In this document: positions 48,794-62,455 of the stretch, piece by piece | Numbering within the stretch: position 1 is the first letter of the stretch | Layout of the letters: every line of letters begins with the position of its first letter | Assembly: GCA_000182565.2 (NCBI GenBank) | Contig: KQ257458.1 | Source of the DNA: Spizellomyces punctatus DAOM BR117 | Taxonomy: Eukaryota | Strand: one strand, 5' to 3' | Length of the DNA stretch: 64,000 nucleotides | Notes under the pieces: model-generated | Database searches by the model: none | Told to the model about the DNA's origin: nothing | What the model saw: the letters and a program-made list of their open reading frames with translations, nothing else | Position numbers and translations under genes: made by a program

Positions 48794-50911
48794 ATGGATA
48801 GCAAGACGTCAGTTATCCCTGTTGCGTGCGTTGTGTACAGAAGCTCGGGTTCAGGGACAGTAGTTGTCTTGTGGTTGCCTGGACCCTTCACCATCGCCGA
48901 TGTGAGGTCCTCCCTGAAACGAAGTGCTGGGGTCAATAGTATGAAGGGAATGGATTTGTACCGAGTCGCTCAACCCTCTGTACCCATTACGGCTACCAAG
49001 GTACTGGATGGGGTATTTAAAGACGACGCATTCCGACGAGAAGGTGCCATTATACGCTTGGCCGACGATTACGCAACATTATCGAGTGTCTTTCAGGGCA
49101 GCGTAGCTAACCAAGACGCCCAGGATGCCGATCTTTTGGTGAATATGATTGCGGTTGTACTTGATGAGCCTCGTCCTGAAAATGACGCCGACGAATATGC
49201 GTCTGCCGCACCACCACCTGCATACGACGATCCTTCGCATGTGTCCTCGTTCGAGACATCGTCCTCTACCGCATACGCCCCAATTTCCTCGTCATCGCAT
49301 CTATCGACTTCAATTCCACAACAGTTTCCCATAGCTGGGGCTGCTCATTTGTCATCGCAACCCGGCCAATATGTGCATGCACATGCATCTTACCAAGGAT
49401 TATCAGAAGGTTCTACCAGCGTGCAATCCGTTGAGACTCCCCACAGAGCATCCTACGCACCTTCTCCATCGCCGGTGCCTTTGCGTATCCAGTCAGCCCA
49501 AGGAGCATCATACGCGCCTTCTCCATCGCCGATCCCTTTGCACGTGCAGCACATGCAGTCAAGCCAGAGATTTTCGCAGCTCTCCTCAATAGCTTCACCG
49601 ACTCCATCAAACGTAGCCTCCAATCGCTCTTCGTACGTTCCTTCGTCCAACTATGAACTACGGGACGAGGTAACGGTCGTTGAGCCTGAGCGGGTATTAC
49701 CGGTTGTGGTACAGCCAAATATTCCACCAAAAGACACGTCTGCTGCATATGCAATCAAAGAAGTCTCGCCCACCAAATCAAACAAGAAGAAAATTACGTT
49801 GATAGCAGTTATTCTGTTGCTTGTGGTGGCGATAGCCCTACTAGTACCGGGACTCCTGGGCAAGTTCAGCAAGTCCTCATCGGAATCGAACGATACCGCT
49901 CCGAAAAGTGGGCTATTTAGCTTTGGAGCTGTAGAAGCAGTGGGCATCGCGGATGGGATCGCTAATGAAGATTCAGCATTCCTTATGCTGAGTCAGGATG
50001 ATAAGTGGCTGTTCTATCCCTCAAATAACGGACAGGTCATCAGAGCCGACTCCGGAACCGGCAGTGTAGTCTATACATACTCGAGCGCCAACTGCACGAA
50101 GCCAGGAGAATTCAACATGTATACGCCACCGGACTATTCAACCTTCCTCTACACGTGCCATGGAGCAGCGAATCGGACGCAAGTCCTTCAGTTCAACATT
50201 TTAACCGGTGCTTTACTTCGTACGTACAATGCAAACGCAGAAACTGTCTCGGCTCCAACTTTTGCATCCAGTGGATTCCTGTATGCAACAATGTCACGTA
50301 TGGGTACCTTGGTTAATGGATCGCCAGGCTCCATTACCGACATCGTCAAATGGTCTCCGAACAGTCCTGACGTCCGGATCATCTCTCCGCCAGCCAACTT
50401 GAGCGTTCTCGCGGACCAAGTATATTTTCCCCTCAGCGATCCTCGGTACGGTTACATTGGAGTAGACTATGCCGGCGGTGTACCAGGCGTCCTACGTCTA
50501 GATACGCAAACGGATACGTTCTCTTGGGATTACGTGTATACCAGTCCAGAACCACACATGGGGATCAAGGGACTTGCCGTGACGCCCAATGGACGCTACT
50601 TGTATTCAACAGTGGGAACTAGCTCAGTTGTACAGTGGGATATTACTACCAAGCAGATCAGACACTTCTTCAATACGAACCACGGACGGATTACCGGGAT
50701 GGGCACTTCACCCGACTCGAGTACCTTGATCACTTTTGGTACCGATTTTATATTCAGAGCTTGGAGCGTGGAAGATGGGAAGCTTCTTGACAAATATGTT
50801 GTAGGAACAGGCGTGCTTGATTATAGCCTGACGTCTGACGGCCGGACCTTGTACATGGTTACAGCCGATAAGAAGATTTCACGGGTGCATTTGAAAGTCA
50901 AAGGGCAATGA
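48794..50911 (+). CDS. Single-pass membrane protein: Crinkler-like N-terminal header, PY motif, transmembrane helix, WD40/YVTN-like beta-propeller
   Basis: 705-aa single exon; TM helix ITLIAVILLLVVAIALLVPGLL; blades such as GLAVTPNGRYLYS and SPDSSTLITFGTDFIFRAWSV. Confidence 0.75.
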   Translation: MDSKTSVIPVACVVYRSSGSGTVVVLWLPGPFTIADVRSSLKRSAGVNSMKGMDLYRVAQPSVPITATKVLDGVFKDDAFRREGAIIRLADDYATLSSVFQGSVANQDAQDADLLVNMIAVVLDEPRPENDADEYASAAPPPAYDDPSHVSSFETSSSTAYAPISSSSHLSTSIPQQFPIAGAAHLSSQPGQYVHAHASYQGLSEGSTSVQSVETPHRASYAPSPSPVPLRIQSAQGASYAPSPSPIPLHVQHMQSSQRFSQLSSIASPTPSNVASNRSSYVPSSNYELRDEVTVVEPERVLPVVVQPNIPPKDTSAAYAIKEVSPTKSNKKKITLIAVILLLVVAIALLVPGLLGKFSKSSSESNDTAPKSGLFSFGAVEAVGIADGIANEDSAFLMLSQDDKWLFYPSNNGQVIRADSGTGSVVYTYSSANCTKPGEFNMYTPPDYSTFLYTCHGAANRTQVLQFNILTGALLRTYNANAETVSAPTFASSGFLYATMSRMGTLVNGSPGSITDIVKWSPNSPDVRIISPPANLSVLADQVYFPLSDPRYGYIGVDYAGGVPGVLRLDTQTDTFSWDYVYTSPEPHMGIKGLAVTPNGRYLYSTVGTSSVVQWDITTKQIRHFFNTNHGRITGMGTSPDSSTLITFGTDFIFRAWSVEDGKLLDKYVVGTGVLDYSLTSDGRTLYMVTADKKISRVHLKVKGQ

Positions 50912-51284
50912 TCTGGATTTGTTGTTTCGGTTTTGGAGGTGGAGATAGATATATGTATATATTTATCGGTCCGTTTGTGCAGCTGGTCTGTAGGAAACTA
51001 GATGAGGGTCTGGCGAGATTGACGGACATTGTTGGCAGTTTTCATATTGTGCAATTTTTATCCTTAAATAGAAACCATGTTAGAGTTCTTTAAATATTTT
51101 GAAAGCAACTCATCACACACTGTGTACACTATTTGAAAGAGTGGATATGGGTGTTCGGCTCCATTAAAGCATGAGGTAGAATTGAGAAATAGGCGAAACC
51201 GTGAATGCGGAACTCCCCAGCGATAATCAGAAAAAAATGGTATTATTAAAAAAAAAAAAAAGGAATTTACACATGGGACGAGTG

Positions 51285-53133
51285 TCAACTCAGACCCAAG
51301 CCCTTTCGCAGCCAACCCCACCGACTCTCGCCACCAACATCCCATGTCTTTGCTCGTCCAGCAGGTAAGCCCGTTTTGAAGGCTCCCCGCCAAGTCTTTT
51401 CACCAGGTCCACTCCAATCTTCGCCAAGTACAACAAGCATTTGTCGGACAACGTCCATGAAGGACAATGCTGAGGTGCTTGACCCAGATCGACGACGTTC
51501 ATCGGCGGGTGATGGAACAGTCGACCAGCTCTTGCTTTTCCACTTTCGGCTACTAGTCGAGCCAGAGGGATCGGCGCCTAGAACGGTCGTTACGGTATTC
51601 TTTAGAGCGTTGACCCACTCTCTCCTTTCGCAGTCTGTTATGCCAATATGGCCGTTCAAAGCGTTCCGCTGGAAAATGGTCAGAACCCGTCCCAACGCAA
51701 CGGCAGGAACGACGGGAGAAACTCCGTATATCTTGGTCAGGTAGGGTATGTGACGTGGACGAAGTGTGGCACCACGGTCAATAAACTCGAGTATCACTCC
51801 CCAAGGTCCCTGATTCGAATACCTCTCTACAAGATCAGTTTGTCGGAAATCATCCGATTCAGGCCATCCGTCCCACCGCAGATGTGACTCATTTGCACTA
51901 GCGTTTCTAAACATTCGCTTCCATCTCTGTCCCAGTTCCGATACCCAGACCAACAAGTCATCAAAGCACTTTACTGAAAAGGCATGACCTGCACCATATC
52001 GTCCTACAACCCAACGCCAAACTGGGACAGGATTGGATTGCTCAAAGCATCGTGTGGCGTACGGCAGTGCGTATACGTTGGCAGGATGAAACAGAATCGT
52101 CTTCATTAGTGAGTCAGGAACATCAAAGGTTGACACTATGTGTTCAACGGTTTCGGGATAGAAGCCGTGCGACGATGGACCAAAGTAATCTCGCAGCACT
52201 TGATGCGCACATGAAAGAAGGAGAGGTTTAGGGACGTAGTTCTTAAGGGCCATGAGAATGCACGGTGTGGGACAATCCCGCAGTTGGGAGAGAACTACTT
52301 GTCGTGAGAGTGAGAAACCGCGCTTGATATACTCTGGTAGCAGTTCTGGGGCTTTGTCGCGGTTCTTTGACGATGAGAGTAGTTGACGCATAAAGGTGTC
52401 GTTGATTGCACGAGGATCCATTCCATTTTGATGTATAAGGACATCGAGAATGGATATATCGGCTTGGAGAAGTTGGTAGAGACGAATTGTTGCAGTTGGC
52501 GTCACTGTTTCTAATGGCACAAAATAAAAGCTCGAAATGAGCTCTCGAACTTGACCCAGATGTTGCTCAAGGTCGTTCGTAAGAGACTCAAATGCCATGA
52601 TGTCGTCCGTAGACTGAAAGTCTGTACTCCATCCATAAGTCATGTAAGCCTCTTCAAGAATAAAACTCTCCAAGTACGGAAGCTTTGAATCGTTCTTGTG
52701 ATGACGAACGAGCTGTTGAGCAAAAAATCGAGGGACACGCGCACCGCCTCGAATCATTAACTTTACAAGCTGCGGATCTTGGCGCAGCAGGCGGTGATGA
52801 TGTGTGTACGCTTGGTAGAGGGCGAGAGGCACGCCATACTTTCCATAGAGGCATGCACACCGAACATGGCGATCACTAAGGAGTCCGTGGGTTGCTCGGC
52901 TTGCTGCCGAGAAAGGGGCAAGGTCGGGAAGGTAAGATACAATTCGAGCCCAGATCTTGTTGAAATGAAAGAATTAGATCCAGCATACAAAAGACGCGAT
53001 GAAGGCAGGTTCCTTATGTACCTCTGTCGGCAGATCCTTCAACTCTCGTCCAGGTTTTTTCCTGGGCGGCGTCTTGAATTTTTGCTTTATATCGGCATTG
53101 ATAATCATGTCTCTACTACTGGCAAACACCATC
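51285..53133 (-). CDS. Hypothetical helical protein; 5' exons uncertain
   Basis: 515-aa ORF 51285..52832 plus probable upstream exons including LKDLPTE. Confidence 0.55.
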
Positions 53134-54432
53134 TGCACATTGGTGTGGTTGTGTTTATGATGAGCATGTTTGCGAATTCCGCGTCCTTGTGTCCCAACTG
53201 ATTGATCTCCACATCCGGATGATCCCTTGACCTTGCGTGATGCTGATGGGGAGGAAGACGAAGAGAAGGAGAATGGCTTAAAAGCTGTGTGAAACCAAAA
53301 AGAATCTTGTGAGGAAGTGAATGTCGCGAAATTCACATGGGCGAAAACTCACCGATAGAAGGCATGACAGCAAATGAGGTGAATTTGGGGTGTGACAGAT
53401 GCTGTCTGATTTTTATGTAACTTGCAAGCAGTGGAAGAACGGATTTCCCATACAGGGAACGCAGCAGGGTTTTCGGGTGCGCGATAGACGCTCGGAAGTG
53501 ACGTTTGCTTTTTTGATCCGTCCTTTTAGTTGCGTCCTTGTTCTTAAATGGAATTCCCAAGACGCAAACCTAAACTGCTCCGCACGCTTAAAATCTTAAA
53601 TTGTATTTCGTATTAACACGGCCTCCGCCCCCAGAACCCCTCCGTTATTTGGTTATTTGGGCGCTCTTGCTTCCTTGGCTTCCCTCGCTTTGCTTTGCTG
53701 CTCCTCCTTGACCCTTCCCTCCGTCCCCCTGCCGTTTGGACACACTGTACGCTCTGTCCAAAAACTATTTCAGGGAGGGCGTCATGCGCATTTACATTCA
53801 GAAGGGCATGTGACTCAAAGGAGGCTGTGTGATCTGAGGGCGCAGTCATGGGATGAATAAGCTTTTAAAGCAACAACCATCCCTCATTAATTTCAACTTG
53901 TCCTTAACGGGGGCAGTTGCACAGAAGTTTAAGAGTTGGAACCTCCGAATGCTTGTTGCTTACGGCTGTGTTGCATCCCATCCATGTGCTGAGAGGTTCA
54001 GTTTGCTTTCGAAACTGCTGTTTGGGCCTTTGGGACCGTTCCAAATGTCACCCATCCCTCCTTTGACTGTGCAACACTCGGGAGGGAAAAACATTTGTGT
54101 GCCCTGCCAAGTTTTTTAGGGCGCCTTGCCGTCAAGGAGCTGTTCGACACGGAGGACAAGTCACTTGTTATTCTTTATTTGTAAATGACTTGGCAGGAAT
54201 TGACTGCGGCGGGCCAACACACAAGGGAAAACGGCTGCATGCCAACGTGCCAAAAACAACCATTTGCATGTGTTGTCGTAGGTGATGGATGCCAAAATCA
54301 GTTATTTTTGTTGACGAAGCGGCAGGCATCAAAGGAAAAGTTGTATCCACACACACGCGGTCAAGGTCGGGGACCGCGCCCTAAAGTGTGTTGAAAATGG
54401 ATTTCAGGCTTCTTTGCCTCTCGTCTTCAACA

Positions 54433-54505
54433 GGGGAATTAGCTCAAATGGTAGAGCGCTCGCTTAGCATGCGAGAGGCACGGGGATCGATACCCCGATT
54501 CTCCA
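54433..54505 (+). tRNA. tRNA-Ala: tRNA-Ala (anticodon AGC)
   Basis: GGGGAATTAGCTCAAATGGTAGAGCGCTCGCTTAGCATGCGAGAGGCACGGGGATCGATACCCCGATTCTCCA forms a cloverleaf; a T-run follows downstream. Confidence 0.97.
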
Positions 54506-55760
54506 CATGACTTGAGTGAATTAAAGTAATTTTTTTTTCTTATTCGATATTGTTCGACTATACCGCTGTTTTTGGATTGGACATTGTATAGCCCATCTCA
54601 TATGAATACCACGGTGTTCATGATGCAAATCCAGCTCCAAAAAACACTAGCAACCGCTTTGCCCCAGCTCGTCCAATAACCTCTACAAGCTCCTCCTCCC
54701 TTGCATTCACCAATCGCTCTACCGCTACATATAAAAACACCGAGTTGGATCAACACGTCCCAACACGTAATCAAACATGGTCCACGTACTTTCAAACCTC
54801 TTTAACAGCTCTCCAGCCTTAACATCTCCTACCCCGGGACACGTCTTGACTGTCTGCAACAACGTCTGAGCATACGTGGGATCCTTTGTTTTATTTTTGA
54901 TACTCGTTAGAGAAGACGGTTTTGGCGGGCGATGTTCTTGATGTGCCTGAGATCCATTACATCAACATCAATGCATTTAACGAGAAACATTTGCAGTCTT
55001 ACTACGTACGAGTCGAGCCAAAAACCTCGCTCCCTCAACAGCACTGCCAACCGGTAACACATTGATACCGCACTCAACAGCAACCTTCCATTGTATCTGT
55101 GTCCATACTGGTGTTGAAGGCTTGTTGATAATCAACACGGATCGACTGTGCTAGCACGTATCCATAAGATACCAATTCAAATATCACATAGCCCAAACTG
55201 CTCACAACCAACCTTTTTCAACCGACAACAAACATCTTTGATAACTGTATCCCAATCTTCATCAAAAGATCCGATCCAACACCCCGCAAACCCTTGCGAT
55301 ATGATAAAATCCACTGGAAGCGTCTCACACATGGTTCGTACGTATACTATCACAAGGAGTGGGTAATCGATCACTGCTCTATTTCAAAGTAAATGAGACT
55401 CACGGTTCTTTGGTAATTGTTCAAGCCCTTTGGCAAAGTCGCTGCCTGTTAGGCTTGGCGAAATGAGAATGTAGGGAACATGCGCCATGTGGTGGTTTCT
55501 GAGAGCTGCAAGGCTAGATATCAAATAAACTCAAGACTGTGGAAAGGCCGACTCTGACTGTGGTTTTATTGGGGACATGCAGTGGGCAGTGGACATTTCA
55601 ACGACTTTTTCGTAACAGTTTTTGTTTGTGTCAGCATGTCCGACATTCTGGATCTTGAATCAACTGCACAGCCACATGCACAAGGTTGCGGATATGTACG
55701 GAACGGAACCCAAGCAGCATAATCATTTTCAATCCGTCATTATACACAACACAGTAACTT

Positions 55761-58700
55761 TTATTCACCCTTCTCCCCTTCCTCCCTCTTTCTCCCCTCT
55801 CTCTCCCCCCTCTGACCCACCCCAGTCCATCCCTCAAGTTCATTCATGAAATGTCTAAAACTGGGCAGTGTTACTCGATCATCCAACCCAGGAGGGCCAC
55901 CGACCTGAGGAGACGCTGCCCGCGGCGGATTCTGAGATGCTGTCATAGACGGCGGAACAGACGACGCTCGCTCTTGAGCGCGTTCTCTAGACCTCGACCG
56001 TTCGCGCTCCACGTCGTGATGATGGCTGGAGGAAGCAGAAGGGGTTGACGGTCGGTACGGGTCTCTTGGCACATGGGGTGAGTATCCAATTGGCAGCATG
56101 GGCGAAAAGGAATGCGGTTGGGGTTGTGGTTGATGGGGGTGGTGTTGATGTTGGGCAAAAATTTGACCGGCAGTTGGCTGGTTAGCATACCGCGCCGGAA
56201 CAACGTATCCGACCTGTCGATCATACAACGACGATGACGGACGTCGTTGATCGTCTCGTGTTGATTCTGACGGGCGACTACTCGGCGGTGGCTGCTGTTG
56301 TGACTGTTGCTGCTGCTGCTGAGACGGTGCTATGGACACTGGGACATAATGGACTTGGCCACTTCCAGCACCGGTCGCAACAGGCACGGATGCAGAGGTT
56401 ACGTAGGTTGTATAACCAGGGATAACAGGACCATACCGCGTCACATATCCTCGAGGAGGCATGCCTTGCAACGGTCCAGGACCTTCTTGTCCAGTAGGAG
56501 TTGATGCCCGATGAGGTTGCCCAGAAGGTTGCCCAAATCCACCAAGACTCGCTCTTCGTTGTGCAATATAACTGTTCAAATAAGGCGTGGGGGTGCTTGG
56601 CGCACTGCCAGGATAGTTATTCCCAGGGCCGGTCGTCAGGCGACCAGGAAAATTACCAGAAGCTTGGGGTGAAGCCGAAGTGGTCACCGTACCAGGAGTG
56701 CTTCTCGTCCCATTTGCTGTTGAAGCAACCGGCACAGAATTCGATGGCGGCGTACCCATTGTAGTGAATCCCAAGTGCTGTCCTTGCATGTGTGTCAGCA
56801 ACGTCAGAGGGCCTATTGTGTTTGACATGACTCCCCCAAATTGCTGAGTCGGGTGCATGTAAGCTGATGGGTGCGAATGCTGCGATGGCCGGCTGCTGTA
56901 AGCATGATCAGAGGTTGTCGGGCTGATGCCAGCTCCCGACGCACCCGACGTCGTGCTACCGCCGGTCCGTCCAGTGCTTTCGAGCTTTTCAAGTCCTTGT
57001 TTGCTTGGCCGACGACTTCTGCTGGTACCGGATGCTTGCCTTGTGTGACTCTCTGCTTCGGATGGTCTCAAATGTGTCGCGCCCTGCTGTAAAAGTTCAA
57101 CGGATCGGCTTAACAAACTGTGAAGACCCGGTTTTCCAGCACCAGGCGGTTGTCCTAGTTCCGTAGCGTCCAACGCTACCGACGATAAACGTGCACCTTC
57201 AGTCTCCACCGTTGGAATACCAACCTCTTCCATGCCTGAGAGTCCCAACGATATCAACGACATGGCAGCGTCCTGTCGGCTCACATTTTCCTCCACACCG
57301 CCGAGAGCTGCCACTCCGCTTCCTTGCCGCCTTCGCTGCACAAGAGTGTCTTCTCCCAGCAATCCATTTGCATCGTCAGATTTTCCTTTCCCTTTCTCCT
57401 TTCCCACCAACCGCGGCATCGCAGCAGTTCCCCCAGCAGCTGTCTTCTCCTTTTCTTTTTGTATTCGACTTTTCCTTGTTTGTGCTCCTTTCCGTCCAGC
57501 GGCTCTCTTCTTCTGCTTGTCTTTAACCGCATCATACTCCTCCTCGAAAATGGCCAGCTCCCTCAACCTTGACGCGGGTGGTTGTAAACGGGGAATCTTA
57601 AACGGAAATTCGGACGGCATGTCCTCAAGAGAGGATACAATCTCTCGTACAGACAAGACAAATTCGGGATCATCTCCACGCGGTTTTTCAGTATCGTTTG
57701 GACTCGACTGCGTTGCTTCTCGGTCACGGAGTTGAGATATTACATCATCAAAAGATTCAATAGCCGAAACAGTATCTGAAGTCTCCTTCTCATCCACATC
57801 CATCGCATCCTGATCGAATTCGCTATCATCAGTACTTCTTGGTCGTTTTGGAGCCTTTGCAACCCGCTCTTCGACCGCCTCATCATACCAAACTTTCAGC
57901 TGCTTCATTCTCGTTGCAATTTTTTGCTGGAGCCACAACGTCCGGGCTATAACTATATGCGACTCTTGATCCAATGCGTTAGATGCACCAATTACGCTAT
58001 GTCGCCAGAAATCCATTAGAAACCGGTCATAGTCTGAATCGAGAAACATCCGTCGTGCAGAGTCGACGCCACACGCAGATGCCTGTCCAAGGTACACTTG
58101 TCTAGATTCGTTCAGGGCCATTTGCAGAGATCGATGGATTTCTCGTAACACATTTCCGTTCATATATCCCTGTTCTCTGATTCCCACGGGTATCCGCATT
58201 CCGGTGAGATCAGAGTGATAAACGAGATCTCTGTAGAAGGGGACCGGGTTGTCTTCAGGATAGGGAGGATATATTTCGTCAGTCTTGAGGATACCTTCGC
58301 TTGTTTGGAGACCAGCTCTGTAAGCGACGATGGCGTGTATTGGTGCTTTCAGGGGTTCACCCGGAGCCGCACGGAGAATATTTGGTAAGAGACGATTCGG
58401 ATTGTTTGATGAAGCAACTGAGACCAGTAGACCAATGCCTTCTGGAATCAACGTCTGAAGAAATGCTTGCTTTGTAATGTCTTGGCACGTTGGTTGCAAG
58501 GGTCGGGATGGATCATTGCTGTGCAAGTCACATTGATTATTGTTGAAGTCTGGCACGATAATAGTAGCTTCCTTACCTCCTATACCATCCAACACATTCC
58601 AGATCCGATTCGTGAAACTTTGCAACTGCTTGTTTAATTGATACTGGATCTTCTACAACTTTTCCTTGGAGCAGTTCTAGCACTTGTCTAAGTGATAAAA

Positions 58701-59195
58701 TGTCAGCACCATCGTCCAGTACTTTTTGTATTAAAAATTCGCAGCAATGCGAACGCACCGTTCGGCAGCAAAGAAACTGGAAACGTGGCAGACAACTTTC
58801 CACTGATGGCCCTTCCCTCTAGGTCTTGGTACCTTCATTGGTATCCAACTTCCACCCAAGAATCCAGTGACATCATATCGTGTATCGCTATAGGCTTGAT
58901 TCAACAGAGCTGTATATACCGACTTGTCCAAAACGACAACGAGTTGCGCGTCCTGGCTGCAGCACATCAGTTATCAGGACAGGTACAGATCGATGGCCAA
59001 TTTAAGGCTAAAATGACGTTGTTCATCTACGTACCCTGCAGCAGGCTGCTCAAGAAGAGAAACGGGGACTCGCCGAGAGGCTTCTGATATGCCACTCAGT
59101 GGGACCCATTCTGGTGGCCAATCAGCTGGTCGTGTTATGGGAGGCACAGGATCCAAAGGAAGGGGAAGTCTGTTGAGAGCGAGCGGTTGCGACAT
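55761..59195 (-). CDS. MPN/JAB-like domain protein with a degenerate JAMM motif and a long disordered tail
   Basis: Spliced reading: YDVTGFLGGSW...EDPVSIKQAVAKF..ECVGWYR / SNDPSRPLQPTCQDITKQAFLQ..IGLLVS, then the 55761..58625 ORF. Confidence 0.6.
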
Positions 59196-59935
59196 GGTGT
59201 TTAACACACAATAGTAATGCGTTGTGGAGTCGCTATATCTGTCGTACGCAAGGCATTGCCAGCAAAGATCTCGTTTGTTGGTGGTGCAAAGAGAAATTCC
59301 AAGCCCGACGCATCTTGTCCCTCTGTTGCCATGCAACGACCACGCGGGTTTGGCACAGCCATGTTCACCACGAAAAGTTCACCACGCGCTCAACCTTCAC
59401 TTGAAACCCTTTTTTGACAGCTGAGAGTCAAAAGCAATGTTTGTAAAGGCGGGTCACCGCTGATGCTAAACGGCAAAAGACAAGCTAGATCCGTTTAAGG
59501 ACGTTCATAAACTCAATGATCGATGAGGTGATTCATCCGCAATCCGCAGGAGAATACCCGACCCGACGGGCTAAAGACACTCGATATCTATGGGGATACG
59601 CAAAAGGTTGAAAATCCAAATCGATGGCAAGTGTGTGCGTTTGAGGAAATCCAACGTTCGTAGGCCAAACAATCGTCGTAAAGAAGAAGAGCAAATAATC
59701 ATCATGTGATCGGTAGAATGGAAATAGTCGATGAAAAGTCATTTGTTTTTATTTGGATTTCAAAATTCATTTTGGCTGCTTCGGCTCTACTTTTTTGCAA
59801 GAAACTTTTTTTTATCTAAACTTGCGATGGGGACACACCACCGCCGTCAAGTTTCGCAGACTTTCTTCCTTGCGTTGGAGGCTTTAGAAGGAGAGTGCGA
59901 GAGCGTCCTCCCCGACTTGCCTTTCGCAAAGCAAG

Positions 59936-61815
59936 ATGCCCGTGGGCCATGGTCCTCTCCGCTATCTAGTCATACGCGCGTTGGCGTTTGCCATCGACTG
60001 TATCGCACCAGTCTCCATTGCATATACCTTGTACGCTCTTGTAAATCACTACAACGGCACACGACATGGCATTGTATTTGACGGCACATGGACGAACGTG
60101 TTCTATACCATGTTGCTTCCGATATGGTTTGTTTTTGAAACAGCTTTCTATGTGTGGATGCTATGGCAGAGACAAAGGTTTCAGGCCATGAAGGATGTGC
60201 CGGGTTTGGACAATGATAGGAGGTACTTTGACTTGCTCCTCCAGAGTGCATGAGGCATTCTCATTGATTATCTTGGCGCTGTATTAAACAGGCGCTTTAT
60301 GTTTGGACGAATGCTCAAAACGATATCGCAGAGAAGATTCCCGCATTTCTTGGCGACTCAATTCATGTGGAAGGATTGTTACACACAACTGACTAGCGAG
60401 GAGATTGAAGAAGTCTACATGGACAATGTCAAAGAATGGTGACTATCTGCTTCATTGCAATTAGCGTTGGAAGCGTCGGCAAAGCTGGAGCTGAATTTTG
60501 CCTGATAGGGCTGCGTGGGCATTCTTCTCCAAGCCATCCTGGAAACACGTCCTCGAGTCACCCAATGGCAAACAGCTCGCGTTGGAAGGAGAGGAAATGA
60601 TAGATAACATGGCTTTTCGGAAAGGAATCGTCTTTCAAGAAGGTTACAATGAGAAGATCAGGTTAGAGCACTGCTCCGATGTCGAGGTGAATTGAGTAGC
60701 AAATGACTGATCTCCTTCTTAGAACGGTAACCATCTCCTACAACCCGGTGGAAGCCTTCCCCAAACCGCTTCTCCTGTATGCTGTGGTTGCTCTACTCGA
60801 ATTTGGCGCTCGTTGCATTTTTCGGATGCTCGGATTCCAGCGATACCCCGCCCACCGCACGGATTTGGCACCGGATATGCCCGAACGGGGAATTACATAT
60901 TGGTTGAGGATGCCAAAAGGGAATACCGTCGATGCTCGACGAAGGAGAAAAAGAGAAGAGTCGGACTTGCCCATTGTGTTTATACACGTACGTACGCATG
61001 AATCTGGCGTTCGAATTTAAATTGACAATCGACATATCTGCAGGGACTGGGAGGCGGTCTCTGGTGCTATCTCAAGTTCATCGGCAAACTCTGGTGGACC
61101 CAATCGGCACGCCCCATCTACCTTGTTGAACTTCCCCACGTTAGCATGAGGCTTGTCCAATCTTCACCAGATCCGGACACGACTGTCCGTGAACTTGTGG
61201 CTATGCTACGCCGCCATGCACATGATTCTGCCACATTCATTGGCCATTCCCTTGGATCGGCTTACGTTGCATACATGATCAACCATACCAAAGCCGTCGC
61301 CGGAGTTGTCATGATAGATCCTGTCTGCTTTAACATTTATGACGCAAATTTGTTATATAATTTCGTACATCGTCGGCCAGGTGCCGGAGGGAAACCACTA
61401 AAAGCCAACGAGTTTTTGGTATATTGGTTGGTGTCCAGGGAGCTGTACATTTCTCAGTGGATTTCGAGACGTAAGTTCTGTTTCTGTTTCAGTCGATTAG
61501 AATGATCATTGATTATTGTCTTTAGAGTTTCTCTGGTACCGCGCACACTGCCTGACATCATCACTCCCTTCGTCGGCGCACATCTTTCTTGCGGGCAAGG
61601 ACAACATTATCGACACGAGTACCGTAAAAACGTACCTTGACGACCATGATGCATCATATACATACTACGAGAATCTAGATCACGCACAATTTCTCCTTTC
61701 AGAAAAGATTGAATGGGAAATTGTGGATAAGATTGGCTCCGTTTGTAAAAATGCCGCAAAAGAATGGGGACGAAAGTCTGGTGCGGACAGACGGAGGAGG
61801 AGGATGAGGCGGTAG
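59936..61815 (+). CDS. Membrane-anchored alpha/beta hydrolase, multi-exon
   Basis: PIVFIH/GLGGG, ELPHVSMRL, GHSLG, IDPVCF and LDHAQFL. Confidence 0.88.
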
Positions 61816-62455
61816 GGCCCCTCAGCGAAACTTACTGGAAACATGTTAGGGCTTGTTGGTAGCGTAGATATCTGATACTATTATTATATTTTCCTTTGGC
61901 ATTCCATGACGAGGGCACTCGCGCACAGACATGTACAAACAATTCGTAGAGACCAAGATCTGCATTCAATATATAAAAAAATAAACCTCTAAAAATGCTC
62001 GTTTTTGCATTTGTTACTCTATCAAGAATGTTTTTTAAAAGTTCCAACTCACGCGTGTTCATTTTTATTTTGATCATCCCGATATAGAACGCGATATGGC
62101 CACCTGTGTAGCAATGTGTTGTCCGCAAAGCGGCGAACTCGTTGCGGGAGGGGAACACGCACAGTTGAAACCTCAAATTGGGAACGATGGCCGCTCTAAA
62201 AAAATCGTTCAATCGAGGGTCCCCCCGAATGAGAGCGATTACGACGCCTACGGTGGGACCCTGACAGCAAGTTGAACCCTGTATAGACCAGTCTTGTAGG
62301 AGCAAAGAGTTGGCAACCCAAGTTGGCACTTTGTTCGTTGATCACAAATTTAGACTGCAGAGCATGCCTGGGATGAGCTGACACTCCCTTCTTATGATCT
62401 CACTTGTCGTCTTTCCCAATGTTTCTCCTCACTGTTTGATCAAACATCTGCAATT

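Noticed and set aside
54598-55374. Fragmented minus-strand ORFs next to the tRNA as a transposon or pseudogene
   Set aside because: No recognisable domain, terminal repeats or consistent frame.
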